Source of the DNA: Callorhinchus milii
Lineage: Eukaryota
DNA: 64,000 nucleotides
Direction of reading: 5' to 3'
Assembly: GCF_018977255.1 (NCBI RefSeq)
Contig: NW_024704742.1
Coordinates: forward strand, 17,362,001-17,426,000
In this document: positions 52,270 through 64,000 of the stretch, piece after piece
How the letters are laid out: every line of letters starts with the position of its first letter
Numbering within the stretch: the stretch's first letter is position 1
Program-made: the position numbers and the translations under genes
The notes under the pieces: generated by a model
The model's database searches: none
Seen by the model: the letters and a program-made list of their open reading frames with translations, nothing else
Told to the model about the DNA's origin: nothing

Positions 52270-54310
52270 TGTGAGTTCCTCCTTGACTTGGTGATCACTC
52301 GGGGCCTCATTTTCTTGGTCCTCACCATCATCGACAAAGCGATCTCGGACCATCACTTCATCTCCCTTAACTCCTCAATCCCTCTCCCCATCGCCACCCA
52401 ACTCACCTCCATCTCATACCGCCCCTGGAAAAAAATCTCTTCCCCCTCCCACCTCCCTCTCAGCTGCCTTGGAGATCTTGGAACTCCTTCCCCTCTGGGT
52501 ATCCTCCCGCAATGACCTATCCTCCTCGGTCACTCTTCTCCACAGCTCCCTCTCCTCCACTCTTGATTCACCTGCTCCCCTCTCTTCCCGAACATTCTCC
52601 TACTCAAGCAAATCACCTTGGTACACCAGCCACTTCTGCTCCCTTAAAGCCCAAGTGTGTTCCACTGAGTGCACCTGGCTTAAATCACCCCTTACTGTTC
52701 ATCGCAGATTTGGCTGGACCATGTCAAATCCTACCGCTCTGTCCTCGCCTCCACGAAATCATCGTTCTACTCCAAGACAATCTTGGAGGCTAAGGACAAC
52801 CCCAGGCTCCTCTTCTCCATCATGAGCCAGCTCCTCCGCCCACCCTCTCATGCCTCACCCATTCTCACCTCAAATGCAAACTGCGAGGCGATGCTGAACT
52901 GCTGAACCTCTCCCTGTCCTCTGGTACTGTTACCACCCCTTTAAAAACCGCTGTCCTATCCTTAAATCACTCCTATCCTTAAAAAAACGTCCCTGGACTC
53001 TTCTCTACTCCCTAACTACTGCCCCATCTCCAACCTCCTCTTCCTCTCCAAGGTCCTGGAACGAGTTGTTGCTTCTCAGCTTTGCTCCTTCCTCTCCTGC
53101 CACTCCCTTCACGAACCCCTCCAATCGGGCTTCCGTGCTGCCCACAGCACAGAAACAGCTCTGGTCAAAGTGACAAATGACATTCTGTCCATTTGCGACC
53201 AGGACTCCCTCTGCCTCCTTGTTCTCCTTAACCTCTCTTCCTTTGACACCGTTGACCACTCTATCCTCTTCCACCGATTCATCTCCTCTCACCTCAGCCT
53301 TCATTGCTCTGTCACTGACTGGTTCAGATCATATCTCTCTCACTGCCTCCACTTCAGCTCAACAAACGGTATCGCCTCTAGCCCCCGGACTGTCTTGTGC
53401 GGCGTTCCTCAGGGCTCTGTCCTTGTGTCCCTCCTCTTCCATATCTATATGCTTCCTCTTGGTGATAACATCCGCAGACAAGAGGTCAACTTCCATATGC
53501 GGATGACACACGACTGTACCTTTCTCCCTCTACCCTTGACTCAGGGCCACTGCTGTCCTGACAGAATATCTGTTAGACATCAAATCCTGGATGAGGGCTA
53601 ATTTTCTTCATTTGAACGTCAACAAGATCGAGGCTCTCCAGATTGGCTCCCATCAGAACCTCCTCACCTCAGGCGCTGACAGCATCACCATCCATGGTTG
53701 TACACTCCACCTTACCAAGCCAGTCCGGAACTTGGGGGGCTTGTTTGACCCTCAACTATCCTTTCTATCCCACATCCATGCCATGATCCCCTCTGCCTTA
53801 CCCCACCTCCGCCACATCGCCCGGATCTGCCACTGACTCACACCACAGGCTACCAAAACCCTCATACACGGATTCATTACATCAAGGCTTGACTATGCAA
53901 ACTCATTGCTTGTTGGCCTCCCCAACTACTCCCTGCATAGGTTGCAAATCATCCTGAACTCTGCAGCCCTTGTCCTGTCCCGCACCAGGCTCCGTGACCT
54001 TATCACCCCATCCTCACCTGACACCACTGGCTTCCCATCACATAGAGGATACAGTTCAAGACCCTGGTCCTCATCTTCAAAGCCCTCCAAGGTCTTGCTC
54101 CCCCCTACCTCTTCAATCTACGTAACGTCCTACCATCCTGCCCGCTCCCTCAACTCAGTGGGCTCTGGCCTGCTTTGCGTCCCCCATTGGATGGGCCTTC
54201 TGCCACTCTGCCGCACCCTCTGGAACTCCATCCCGCAGTCCCTCTGCCTCGCCTCTTCCCTTGCCTCTTCAAGACCCATCTCAAGACCCTCCTCTTTGTA
54301 CTTTTGATCT
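52270..54310 (+). mobile_element. Decayed L2 LINE ORF2
   Basis: LDLVITRG, ISDHHFIS, LLVLLNLSSFDTVDHSIL, CGVPQGSVL, LFDPQLSF; multiple frameshifts. Confidence 0.92.
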
Positions 54311-54327
54311 CCTTGCTTTCCCAACAG

Positions 54328-55206
54328 CCCTCTTGGTGACATCAACCACAGACAGGGGGTCAACTTCCACATGTATGCGGATGACACCCAACTCTACCTC
54401 TCTGCCTCCACCCTTGACTCCAGGACCTCTGCTGCGCTGACAGAATGTCTGTCAGACATCAAATCCTGGATGAGAACTAACTTTCTTCAGTTGAACATCA
54501 ACAAGACCGAGGCTCTCCTGATTGGCTCCCGTCAGCGCCTCCACAACTCAGGCGCTGATGGCATCACCATCCATGGTTACACACTCCACCTTACTAAGCC
54601 AGTCCACAACCTTGGGGTCTTGTTTGACCCTCAACTATCCTTTCTACCCCACATCTGCGCCCTGACCCGCCCTGCCTTCCTCCACCTCTGCAACGTCGCC
54701 CGGCTCCAACCCTGTCTCACACCGCAGGCCACCGAAACCCTCATACATGCTTTCATTACATCGAGGCTCGACTATGCAAACACACAGAGGATACAGTTCA
54801 AGATCCTGATCCTCACCTTCAAAGCCCTCCAGGGTCTTGCTCCCCCCTACCTCTCTGACCTCCTAAACCCTGCTCCCTCTGCTCAGCGGGCTCCGGCCTG
54901 CTTCTCGTCCCCCGCCTTGCTCACCCCACTATTGGCAGGCAGACCTTCCGCCATTCTGTACCCACCCTCTGGAACTCCATCCCATAGTCCCACCGTCTCA
55001 CCCCCTACTTCCCCCCCTGCCCTCCACCCTCCCCAAGCACTCTGACTATCTATCGCTTTGGTATGTCCTCGTGACGTGAAAGGCACTATACAAATGTAAT
55101 TTTGTTGTTGTTGTTGTAATGGAGTCAGGCTCCGCCACTGTTAAACAATCTGAGACGATACCCTGCGTGGAGGGCCCTATATAAGTGCAAGCTGTTGTTG
55201 TTGTTG
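54328..55206 (+). mobile_element. Second L2 fragment with internal deletion, followed by two tails
   Basis: MYADDTQLY, LQLNINKTEAL; SRLDYAN joined directly to QRIQFKIL; two (TTG)n tails at ~55060-55117 and ~55125-55206. Confidence 0.9.
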
Positions 55207-58200
55207 CAATGCAAGAAGTTCTAAAATATGAAAGAAAGTAAAATAAGTCCCTGAAAGAATTCCTACTGCTGTGTGTTATAGAAAATAAAGTGTCACCATA
55301 TTCCATAAAGCAAATAACAACGAGTGAGTGATAGGCAGTTACCTGAAGGCTCGGCGCTCAAGACATGTTGCAATAGAGAAGAGAGTTTCTCCAGGTGTCC
55401 TGGCCAACAATCCCCCAAATAAAATTGATTCTTCACTCCATATGTGGTTGTGGGACGTTGCTGTGCACAAACTGACTGCTGTATTTGCGCCCAAGATATA
55501 GAGTCACCACACTTTACTGTAAATCCTGTGAAGTACATTGAGGCACCTTCCTTATGCGAAAGGCATATGCCATATACTAACATATGTCAGAATTATTATT
55601 ATTGCAATCTGTCCAACTGCACTTTCATAGTTTCTTACATTTTCTGAAATAACTTCTTCATTGTAACTTCTTCTTAACTATTTACAATGAAAAGTGTCCA
55701 AATCTGTAAGTCAGTCTGATAGTTTTGGAAATTCTCTTGCCTATGTGTTCAGGAGGGTGTGTACAGCCTGAAGGATAGATTCAACAATAGTAAAATGTCA
55801 AAACAGGTGGCTGGGAGGAGTTACTGACTTTGACAGAGTATCAATGGTTGTTGGCCATTTTCTGGCAATGTTATGCAACAAACTAGTTTGAACAAGAGAA
55901 ACTTGCTTTATGGCTCTTTAACTGCAATTATAAGAAAAGGGGTCCAGGCCTATTTTAACCATTTATGGTCAGAATCAGGGGAATTTCAGGTACAGTGTTT
56001 GTAAAGATAAGACAAATTTCCGTTTGCTGATCTTATTACCACCTGATATAATAAAAGGCAGCTTTAATCTGCCTGGGGTTGTGAAACTTACTGAATTCAA
56101 TAGTCTATTACTAGACAGGTTTGCCTAGTTGCTTGAAAGTGGAAAAACAAGAAACAAAATACAAGATTGCTTGAGGCAGACACAAATTAATACCTTTGGC
56201 AAAATGTTAGATCGTCCTTCATTTTCTCTCCTCCTTTCCTTAAGGCACTGATTTGCACTGAGATATGGATGCACAGGTCCTGAACTCCAGTACATACTCA
56301 AGTCACCATTAAGGATCAGTTTCACCCCCACCAACACCAACACCTATTTTCCTCTAATGAAACCAAATTTTGTTATGTTAGCCTCTCCTAAAAGCTTATG
56401 GCTCACATTTATCCTTGTTGCTCTTCTCTGCAATGTTCCAATGTCCTTTTAAATGCATGGTATTTGGCTAAAACACACAACCACTCCACTTTACAGTTAG
56501 GTCACTTTACAGATCTCCTCCCGAACATGTGAAATTCAAGGATTAATATTATAAAATACAGTACGAAATATGATCATCATTACTTTACATGGCCATTTTT
56601 GTGTTTCCACTATAGGACTTTTTATTCCCGGTTAACTCGTCCTTTTTAAAGTGTGGCAACTCAGTTTAAAATATGATCCTGATTCAATACCTCACCATTG
56701 AGTAGATTTACACCGAGCCATTGATTAACACTGTAAAGGCAAAAACTTTCTTTTGTTTTCAGTTTCATTAATGATCTGTTTCTTAGAACTAGGTATGTGT
56801 GTTTGCTGTTGTCAGTTTTTATTTGATATAATGATGGATGTGATCAGATGTAGTTGTTCCTTTGCGTGTTACCAAGCAACAACTGCCTGCCTTGCTGCTG
56901 TGAGCTCTTTTACTGCATTTTTAAGTCAAAATACAGAGGAATAAACACCAGACTTCTCCAAAATGATGCTAAACAACCAATTACAGAGAATGGAAACCTT
57001 GAGAGAGTTGCATTTTGCGACAAAATTATGGCTATTCTTTCCAATATCCTTGGCAGTGCTCAACTATACAACAGGAAAATTCTCCAGACATAGTAACAAA
57101 CTAAGATCCATGGAACTTACTTGTCTCCACTACCTGCAACAGGTTCTTCAGTCAGAGCATGTTTTTTTAAAAGGTCTTGAGAGATGTTACACCTGAGTCT
57201 CAAGTGAGGCTTGTGGAATTAATGTCTGCTGCCACAACACATCCAGAACACGTTTCAGTATCTGCTGGCTGCTACAGTTCCTTGACACTTGCAAATTCGC
57301 CAACACGAAGCTACCTGTTATGCCCTTCTCATATGTTTTAGAGACGAGAGCAATCAGTAATCCAGCATTCTCACCACTGCCCCAGAAGCTTGCATGCAGG
57401 TCCCACAAAGCAGACTATTGTATGAGGGTTGCCGAGCTTCAACACAAGAGTCTCAAGTTCTGTAAGAGTGAACTGTATGAAAAGAAAACAGAGATAGCAA
57501 TAATCGTGGTAAAGCTCACTCTGCAGCACACAAAGTCCGACAGGTAGAACGATGACGTGTCAGGCTCCTGTTCAACAAGGAAACTTCATAATGATAAACC
57601 ACTCCTGGAGAACTGATACCATAAATAAGCCTTGTAATGACCTTTAACCTTTGGTAAAAGAAACATGAATGGAATTACTGCAGCAGTGTTTTATTTGGAG
57701 GTGTGATGATAGATAAAACTTATATCTAATGGGGCTCAGTTATTGCACAAAAGAAATAGAGAGATTCAGGACTGTAGCCCTTCCCCCAATGCATATTCAT
57801 TTACCCGCAACAGGCAAATACACTGAAGATATTTATATCCTATTCCTAATCAAGGGAATCCCTGACAAAGTACCAAGAGTTCTTCACCAACTCCGTGTTC
57901 AGCCAAGCATTCATTCATGATGAGAAACAACAATAACTTGCATTTCCTTATGTATCGCCTTTCACATACCATTAATATCTGAAAGCGTTTCACAATGACT
58001 GACTCAGTTGTCTGTTTCTTGAGCCGGGCAGGTCTGCAGTACATCAAGGCATTACTGATAGACCCTCCAGCTCCGCTCATGACAGGATTTGGAGGGGCAA
58101 ATACTTACTGGGGGCATGGATTCTTCCTGCTTGGCTCCTGTTATCCTTGCAGGCCAAAACCCTTGTAGTGACAGCTGGATAAGTAGCGGGAAACTTGACA

Positions 58201-58444
58201 GGGTTCACAATGGCAATTTCTTCATTTTGTAGCTGTTTAAATTCCAGCAGCACTCCAATACAAACCTCTGGTTTCCCAAAACTTGGCTCTTACCAACCTG
58301 AGCCTAATATCCTCCAGTATTAGCCAAACAACTTGTGTCCCTCCTGGAAGGGAGTCTACATTATATTCCAAATGCAAATACATTTTCAAATGTAAATGAC
58401 ATTCCATAAGTCGAACTCTCAGCCTGCTTTGGAGGTTCTTATGT

Positions 58445-60520
58445 ATGGCCCCCACATCCTCAAATATCCTATCGCTCTGGCCTTCCACCCGTAGAGATCC
58501 TGGAGCAGCCGTCCAGCTGCTCCATGATCACCTCTTCTCCACCTTCAACTCTCTCGTCCCCCTGAAATCCAGGACCATCTCCAAACCCACCCGATCCCCC
58601 TGGTATAATAATCATCTCCACTCCCTAAAAACCCAAACCCGGCTGCTCGAGTGCAGATGGCAGAAAACTGGCCTGACAGTTCATCACCAACTGTGGCTCG
58701 AGCATCTCCACAGCTACCGTTGTTTTTTGACGCGCGTGAAAATGGCTTCTGCTCCAACATCATCTTGAAGGCAAAAAGCAATCCCAAAGTCCTTTTTTCC
58801 AGCACCCACTACCTCCTCTGTGCATCCCCTCAGGCCTCCTCAATCTTTACATCCAATGCCAAGTGCGAGGAGATCATGGACTTCTTTTCATCCAAAATAA
58901 CATCCGCCAGGTAGCCTTATCCACCTGCCTCTTGTCACCCACCACCACCCCTTCTCCATCCCCCTCACCCTCCCCATCATCAGCTCCTACCACGGCCCCC
59001 ATCCTACATTCCTTCCTCCCCATCTCTCCCTCCTCCCTCTCATCCACCATCACCTCAATGAAACCCACCACCTGCTGCCTCAAACCCCTCCCCACCAACT
59101 TGCTGGTCACCCAGCTCCAACCTCCTCTGCCCACTACTGGCGTTGTTGCCAAATAACTCTGCGCACACCTCTCCTCCCAGTCGCTCTTCGAACCCCTCCA
59201 GTCCAGTTTCCGCTCTGCGCACAGTACAGAGACTGCGCTTGTGAAAGTCTCAAATGACATCGTCTCTATATGTGACCGGGGTCCCCTCTGCCTCCTTGTC
59301 CTCCTGGACCTCTCCGCCGCGTTCGACACAGTCAATCACACCATCCTCCTCCAACGCCTTTCCTCCACTTCAGTGGGACCGCACTTGCCTGGTTCCAGTC
59401 CTACCTCACAAACCGCCAGCAGTACATCTGGATAAATGGCTTCTCCTCTCGCCATCACCCGGTTACTTGCGGGGTACCCCAAGGATCCATCCTTGGCCCC
59501 CTCCTCTTCCTAATCTATATGCTCCCTCTTGGGGATGTTATCCGCAGACATGGGGTACACTTCCATATGTATGCGGATGACACCCAACTCTATTTTTCTA
59601 CCTCACTACGCGACACCCAGTCCCCTGATGTTCTGTCAGCCTGCCTGTCAGACATTAGGGGCTGGATGAGCATGAATTTCCTTCAACTAAATGTTGACAA
59701 GACGGAAGCCATACTCTTTCGCTCTCGTCAACATCTAAAATCACATGGTTCTCACCTCCTCCACTTACCCGACCTCCCCTTAAAACTCTCCGAACCCGTA
59801 TGCAACCTAGGCATCAAGTTCGACCCCCAATTATCCTTCCTCCCCCACATCCGGTCCCTCACCAGCACCACTTTCATCCACCTCCGACTCATCTCCCATC
59901 TCCACCAATACCTCACTCCAAAAGCCGCTCAAACCCTGATCCATACCTTTGTCACCTCTCGGCTGGACTATGCTAATACCCTCCCCGCCGGTTTCCCCTC
60001 CACTACCATTCATAAAATCCAGCTCATCCAAAGCTCTGCCGCCCGCATTCTCACCCGCACCAAACTCCACTCCCCGATCACCCCAGTCCTTGCCAGACTG
60101 CACTGGCTGCTTGTCCCAGAGAGGATCGACTTCAAGATCCTCACTCTTGTCTTCAAATCCCTCCACTCCTCTGCACCCCCTTACCTGTCTGACCTCCACT
60201 CTCCTCAAAACAGTGCCCATTGCCTATGTTCCTCCATGTCTGGCCTCCTCCTTGTTCCCCCAAATCCTCCGCTCCACCATCAGCGGCCGTGCTGTCAGCC
60301 ACTACACCCCGAGGCTCTGGAACTCCCTTCCTCAATCCCTTCACCTCACCCCCTCTCTTCCTATTTTCAGGTCTCAGCTGAAGACCTTTCTTTTCGACCG
60401 CGCCTTTGGTCACCTTCCTCCCCCTCCCTCTGGCTCGGCCCCGGGATATGTTACTGTGAAGCGCTCTGAGACTCCGTCCAGCGTGGAGGGCGCTATATAA
60501 ATCCAAGTTGTTGTTGTTGT
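58445..60520 (+). mobile_element. L2 LINE, 5'-truncated, RT domain and 3' tail
   Basis: [49 protein letters not shown]; tail GAGGGCGCTATATAAATCCAA(GTT)n. Confidence 0.94.
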
Positions 60521-61349
60521 ATTTTCCTGCAGGGGAATGCGTGACAATCTGAGCAATATAAGCCTCAGGTAAATAAGCAGAAAATTCCTAAGCAAAAGCT
60601 TTATTGTGGTGAAGTTTGTAAGAGGTTTTGGAAACAAAAAAAGACCACGCCAACATGCAATGTGAGCAGTGAATTAACTTAAACATGCAAAAAGGTTATG
60701 TTTACTCATTGAACAGAAATATTTATTTCACTCTATTGTCTATTATTCACTCTGAGTGAGTGTTGCTGTAATATCAATGATTGCTAAATTCCTCTTTCTA
60801 GCCAGTTTCAATGAAGGCATTGCTCCCCAATCACAGGAAACTCTGTGTTATCTGAGTGCAGAAACTGCAACTGACAGCAGCTGTATTTATCGAGACAATG
60901 TAAATTGTGGCTGTTGTGGGTTTAGGCTCTGCTTTGGGACTTGAGTTCATCGTCTATGTTAACATTCCACTGTAATGTTGGGGAGCTCTGTGTTGTTGAA
61001 GGTGCACTTCTGTTTTTAACATCTTTAACATCTAAAGGAATGTGGCAAAAGTGCAGATGACTGGGTTTAAAAGATCTGCCAAAATCTAATAAACGGCTGG
61101 AACGGGCTAGAGGTGCCTTCTCCTGTTGCTGTTTCCTGTGTTCCTATGTTATAAGTGCTATATCAAATGCCGGGGATAGTATATTAAAAGAGGAGAGAAA
61201 TAATAGATTAAAAGGCTACTATGTCATTAACCATCAATTTTTCATTTATTCTGACAAAATTTTTAAAGAACATTGCTAGGATGACATCTAGTTCATGTTT
61301 ACATTTCACAATTCTACAGCAATCTTACAGAATGAACTTTTGAAAAATA

Positions 61350-61520
61350 AAACAACAACGTGCATTTATATAGTGCCCTTCACGCTGTGCTGTGTCTCAG
61401 AGCGCTTAACAGTGCGGAGCCTGACGCCGAGTCGGGGAGACAGGGGAGGTGACCATAGGCACAGTCAAAAAGGAAGGTCTTAAGATGTGATGGGAAGATG
61501 GGCACGGAGAGGGTAAAGCG
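61350..61520 (-). mobile_element. L2 LINE 3' fragment
   Basis: (AAC)n tail and PIFPSHLKTFLFDCAYGHLP. Confidence 0.75.
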
Positions 61521-62002
61521 GAGTGATTCTTCCCTCCCACCCTCGGCTCTCACTCCTAGCTTGTTGGCCCAGCCAGTACGATTCAGCACTTTGGGAAGTC
61601 CTCCGAACAATAACATGCGCTGCACAAATATAACTTTTTATTGTATTGTAACTTTCAAGAATCGTTACTCGGGCCTTAAAGTTCTCAGAGGCTAAAATGT
61701 TTTGCATATTGCCTCCGAACGATCTTTTTTCTCGTGTAAGTGCGTTTGTTATATCTTATTATTATGCAACACTCAATAATTTAGTGTTGGGTTATTGTTG
61801 GTGGTGGGGGGGGAGGGGTTAGTATTGGTTAGACCTTGTGTTATAAATTGTATTGTAATTTCAGACAAACTCCTGAGTGACTCCCTCCCTCCCACTCTGT
61901 GTCTGTCTGTCTGTCAGCTGTGCAGCGCCTAATATTGGGCTGGTGTTTGGTGGTCTTTGGGGGTTTAAACTGCATTGTAATTGCAGACAATCCCCCTGAG
62001 TG

Positions 62003-62610
62003 ACCCTCTCCCCACCCTCTCTCTGCCCCCCTCCCTCTCTACCCCCTCCCTCTGCCCCCTCCCTCTGCCCCCCCTCCCTCTGTCCCCCCTCCCTCTGCCC
62101 CCCTCCCTCTCTACACCCCTCCCTCTCTACCCCCCTCCCTCTGCCCCCCTCCCTCTGTTCCCCTCCCTCTGCCCCCCTCCCTCTCTGCCCCCCCTCCCTC
62201 TGCCCCCTCCCTCTCTGCCCCCTCCCTCTCTACCCCCCTCCCTCTGCCCCCCCTCCCTCTGCCCCCTCCCTCTCTACCCCCCTCTGCCCCCCTCCCTCTA
62301 ACCCCCCCTCCCTCTCTACACCCCTCCCTCTCTACCCCCCTCCCTCTGCCCCCCTCCCTCTGTTCCCCCTCCCTCTGCCCCCCTCCCTCTCTGCCCCCCC
62401 TCCCTCTGCCCCTCCCTCTCTGCCCCCTCCCTCTCTACCCCCTCCCTCTGCCCCCCCTCCCTCTGCCCCCTCCCTCTCTACCCCCCCTCTGCCCCCTTCC
62501 CTCTAACCCCCCCCTCCCTCTCTACCCCCCTCCCTCTCTACCCCCCCTCTAACCCCCCCCCTCTAACCCCCCCCTCCCTCTCTACCCCCTCTGCCCCCCC
62601 CTCCCTCTCC
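62003..62610 (+). repeat. Polypyrimidine minisatellite with CCCCCTCCCTCT(G/CTA) units
   Basis: About 600 bp of almost pure C/T, ending ~65 bp before the TADA2B ATG. Confidence 0.95.
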
Positions 62611-62675
62611 GCCGTGCAGTGCGCAGGCTCAGGCTGAGGGCCGGGGAGGGAGGGCCGCTCCCTCGCTCGGCAGCC

Positions 62676-63938
62676 ATGGCGGAGCTGGGCAAGAAGTACT
62701 GCGTGTACTGCCTGGCGGACGTGAGCGGTCTGCGGCTCCGCTGCACCGAGTGCCAGGACGTGGAGCTGTGCCCCGAGTGCTTCTCGGCGGGCGCCGAGAT
62801 CGGCGGGCACCGGCGCTGGCACGGCTACCAGCTGGTGGACGGCGGGCGGTTCGCCCTGTGGGGGCCGGAGGCGGAGGGCGGGTGGACGGGCCGCGACGAG
62901 CAGCTGCTGCTGGACGCCATCGAGCAGTTCGGCTTCGGCAACTGGGAGGACATGGCGGCCCATGTGGGCGCCCGCGGGCCGCAGGAGGTCATGGAGCACT
63001 ACGTGGCCATGTACATCCACGGCAACCTGGGCCGCGCCTGCATCCCCGAGCTCATCCCCAACCGGGTGACCGACCACACCTGCCCGGCCGGCGGCCCGCT
63101 CTCGCCCAGCCTCACCACCCCGCTCCCCCCGCTCGACATGGCGGCCGCCGAGCAGCAGCAGTTGGGCTACATGCCGCTCCGCGACGACTACGAGGTGGAG
63201 TATCTGCAGGACGCCGAGGCGCTGATCAGCGGCCTGGCCGTCAACTACGACGACGAGGATGTGGACATCGAGCTGAAGCGGGCCCACGTGGACATGTACG
63301 TGAGGAAGCTGCGGGAGAGGCAGCGGCGCAAGAACATGGCCCGGGACTACGGGCTGGTGCCGGCCTTCCTGGGCAAGGAGAGGAAGGAGAAGGCGCTGAA
63401 GAGGAAGGTGACCAAGGAGGAGAAGGAGCTGCGGGTCAAGCTGCGGCCGCTCTGCCAGTTCATGTCCTGCAAGGAGTTCGAGGACTGCTTCGACAACCTG
63501 CACAAGGAGCGGGCGCTGCGGGCCAAGATCCGGGAGCTGCAGCGCTACCGGCGCAACGGCATCGCCAAGACCGAGGAGTCGGCGGAGTACGAGGCGGCCA
63601 AGCACAAGCGAGAGAAGCGCAAGGAGATGAAGAACAGCGCCGGGGCCAAGCGGGGCAAGGACGACGGCGGCAAGGAAGCGGGAGCGGAGTTCAACTCCAT
63701 GGAGAACCTGCCCGGCTTTGACCTGCTGTCGGATCGGGAAAAAGTACTGTGCAATTCGCTCAACCTCAGCCCGACCCGTTACCTGACCGTCAAGACCATC
63801 ATCATCAAAGACTATCTGCAAAAAAGGCAGGGCATCCCTTCGAAGAGCCGTCTGCCCAGCTACCTCGACAAGGTTTTAAAGAAGAGGATACTGAATTTCT
63901 TAACAGAAAGTGGCTGGATATCCAGGGATGCCTCTTGA
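62676..63938 (+). CDS. TADA2B: Transcriptional adapter 2-beta (SAGA HAT module), single-exon CDS, 420 aa
   Basis: GCCATGG Kozak; MAELGKKYCVYCLAD start; ZZ zinc finger, SANT domain (WTGRDEQLLLDAIEQFGFGNWEDMAAHV), GYMPLRDDY motif, SWIRM-like C-terminus ending LTESGWISRDAS*. No disablements. Confidence 0.97.
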   Translation: MAELGKKYCVYCLADVSGLRLRCTECQDVELCPECFSAGAEIGGHRRWHGYQLVDGGRFALWGPEAEGGWTGRDEQLLLDAIEQFGFGNWEDMAAHVGARGPQEVMEHYVAMYIHGNLGRACIPELIPNRVTDHTCPAGGPLSPSLTTPLPPLDMAAAEQQQLGYMPLRDDYEVEYLQDAEALISGLAVNYDDEDVDIELKRAHVDMYVRKLRERQRRKNMARDYGLVPAFLGKERKEKALKRKVTKEEKELRVKLRPLCQFMSCKEFEDCFDNLHKERALRAKIRELQRYRRNGIAKTEESAEYEAAKHKREKRKEMKNSAGAKRGKDDGGKEAGAEFNSMENLPGFDLLSDREKVLCNSLNLSPTRYLTVKTIIIKDYLQKRQGIPSKSRLPSYLDKVLKKRILNFLTESGWISRDAS

Positions 63939-64000
63939 TGTTTAACTTCCCTGAAACAAACTGCTTATTTCTAGTCACGCCATCTCCCAAGAGCTTTTTT

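Noticed and set aside
56750..57550. Cluster of short overlapping ORFs as a hidden gene
   Set aside because: No consistent frame, exon chain or recognisable homology.
59519..60469. 316-aa RT ORF as an active or domesticated gene
   Set aside because: Part of a 5'-truncated L2 with deletions and frameshifts, with paralogous decayed copies nearby.
61981..62506. Proline-rich ORFs
   Set aside because: Translation of the C/T minisatellite.
62619..62675. N-terminal extension of TADA2B in the ORF track
   Set aside because: Starts at GTG; the Kozak ATG at 62676 gives the conserved MAELGKK start and 420 aa.
62538..63821. 427-aa antisense ORF and 323-aa alternative-frame ORF over TADA2B
   Set aside because: Shadow ORFs expected from very high GC3; no recognisable protein.

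Overview
Vertebrate genomic DNA. The Deu-domain tRNA-SINEs, L2/CR1 LINEs and protein sequences point to a cartilaginous fish, probably a chimaera (inference). I reconstructed four protein-coding genes by hand from splice sites and reading frames. (1) TMEM192: + strand, 6 coding exons, 1233-17323, 258 aa, CpG-island promoter. (2) APELA/Elabela/Toddler peptide hormone: - strand, 2 coding exons, 54 aa. (3) SMIM31 microprotein: - strand, 2 coding exons, 72 aa, entirely absent from the ORF track. (4) TADA2B: + strand, 62676-63938, 420 aa, CDS with no intron. The order and relative orientation TMEM192-APELA-SMIM31 match human 4q32, but TADA2B is not part of that human block and has an intron in its human CDS, so it may be a retroposed or relocated gene. 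The rest is mostly retroposons (Deu-SINEs sharing an L2-type 3' tail, L2 and CR1 fragments, older SINE relics), two G/C-skewed minisatellites next to promoters and several near-perfect inverted repeats. I found no evidence of a wholly new multi-gene system; the best leads are ranked in the findings.
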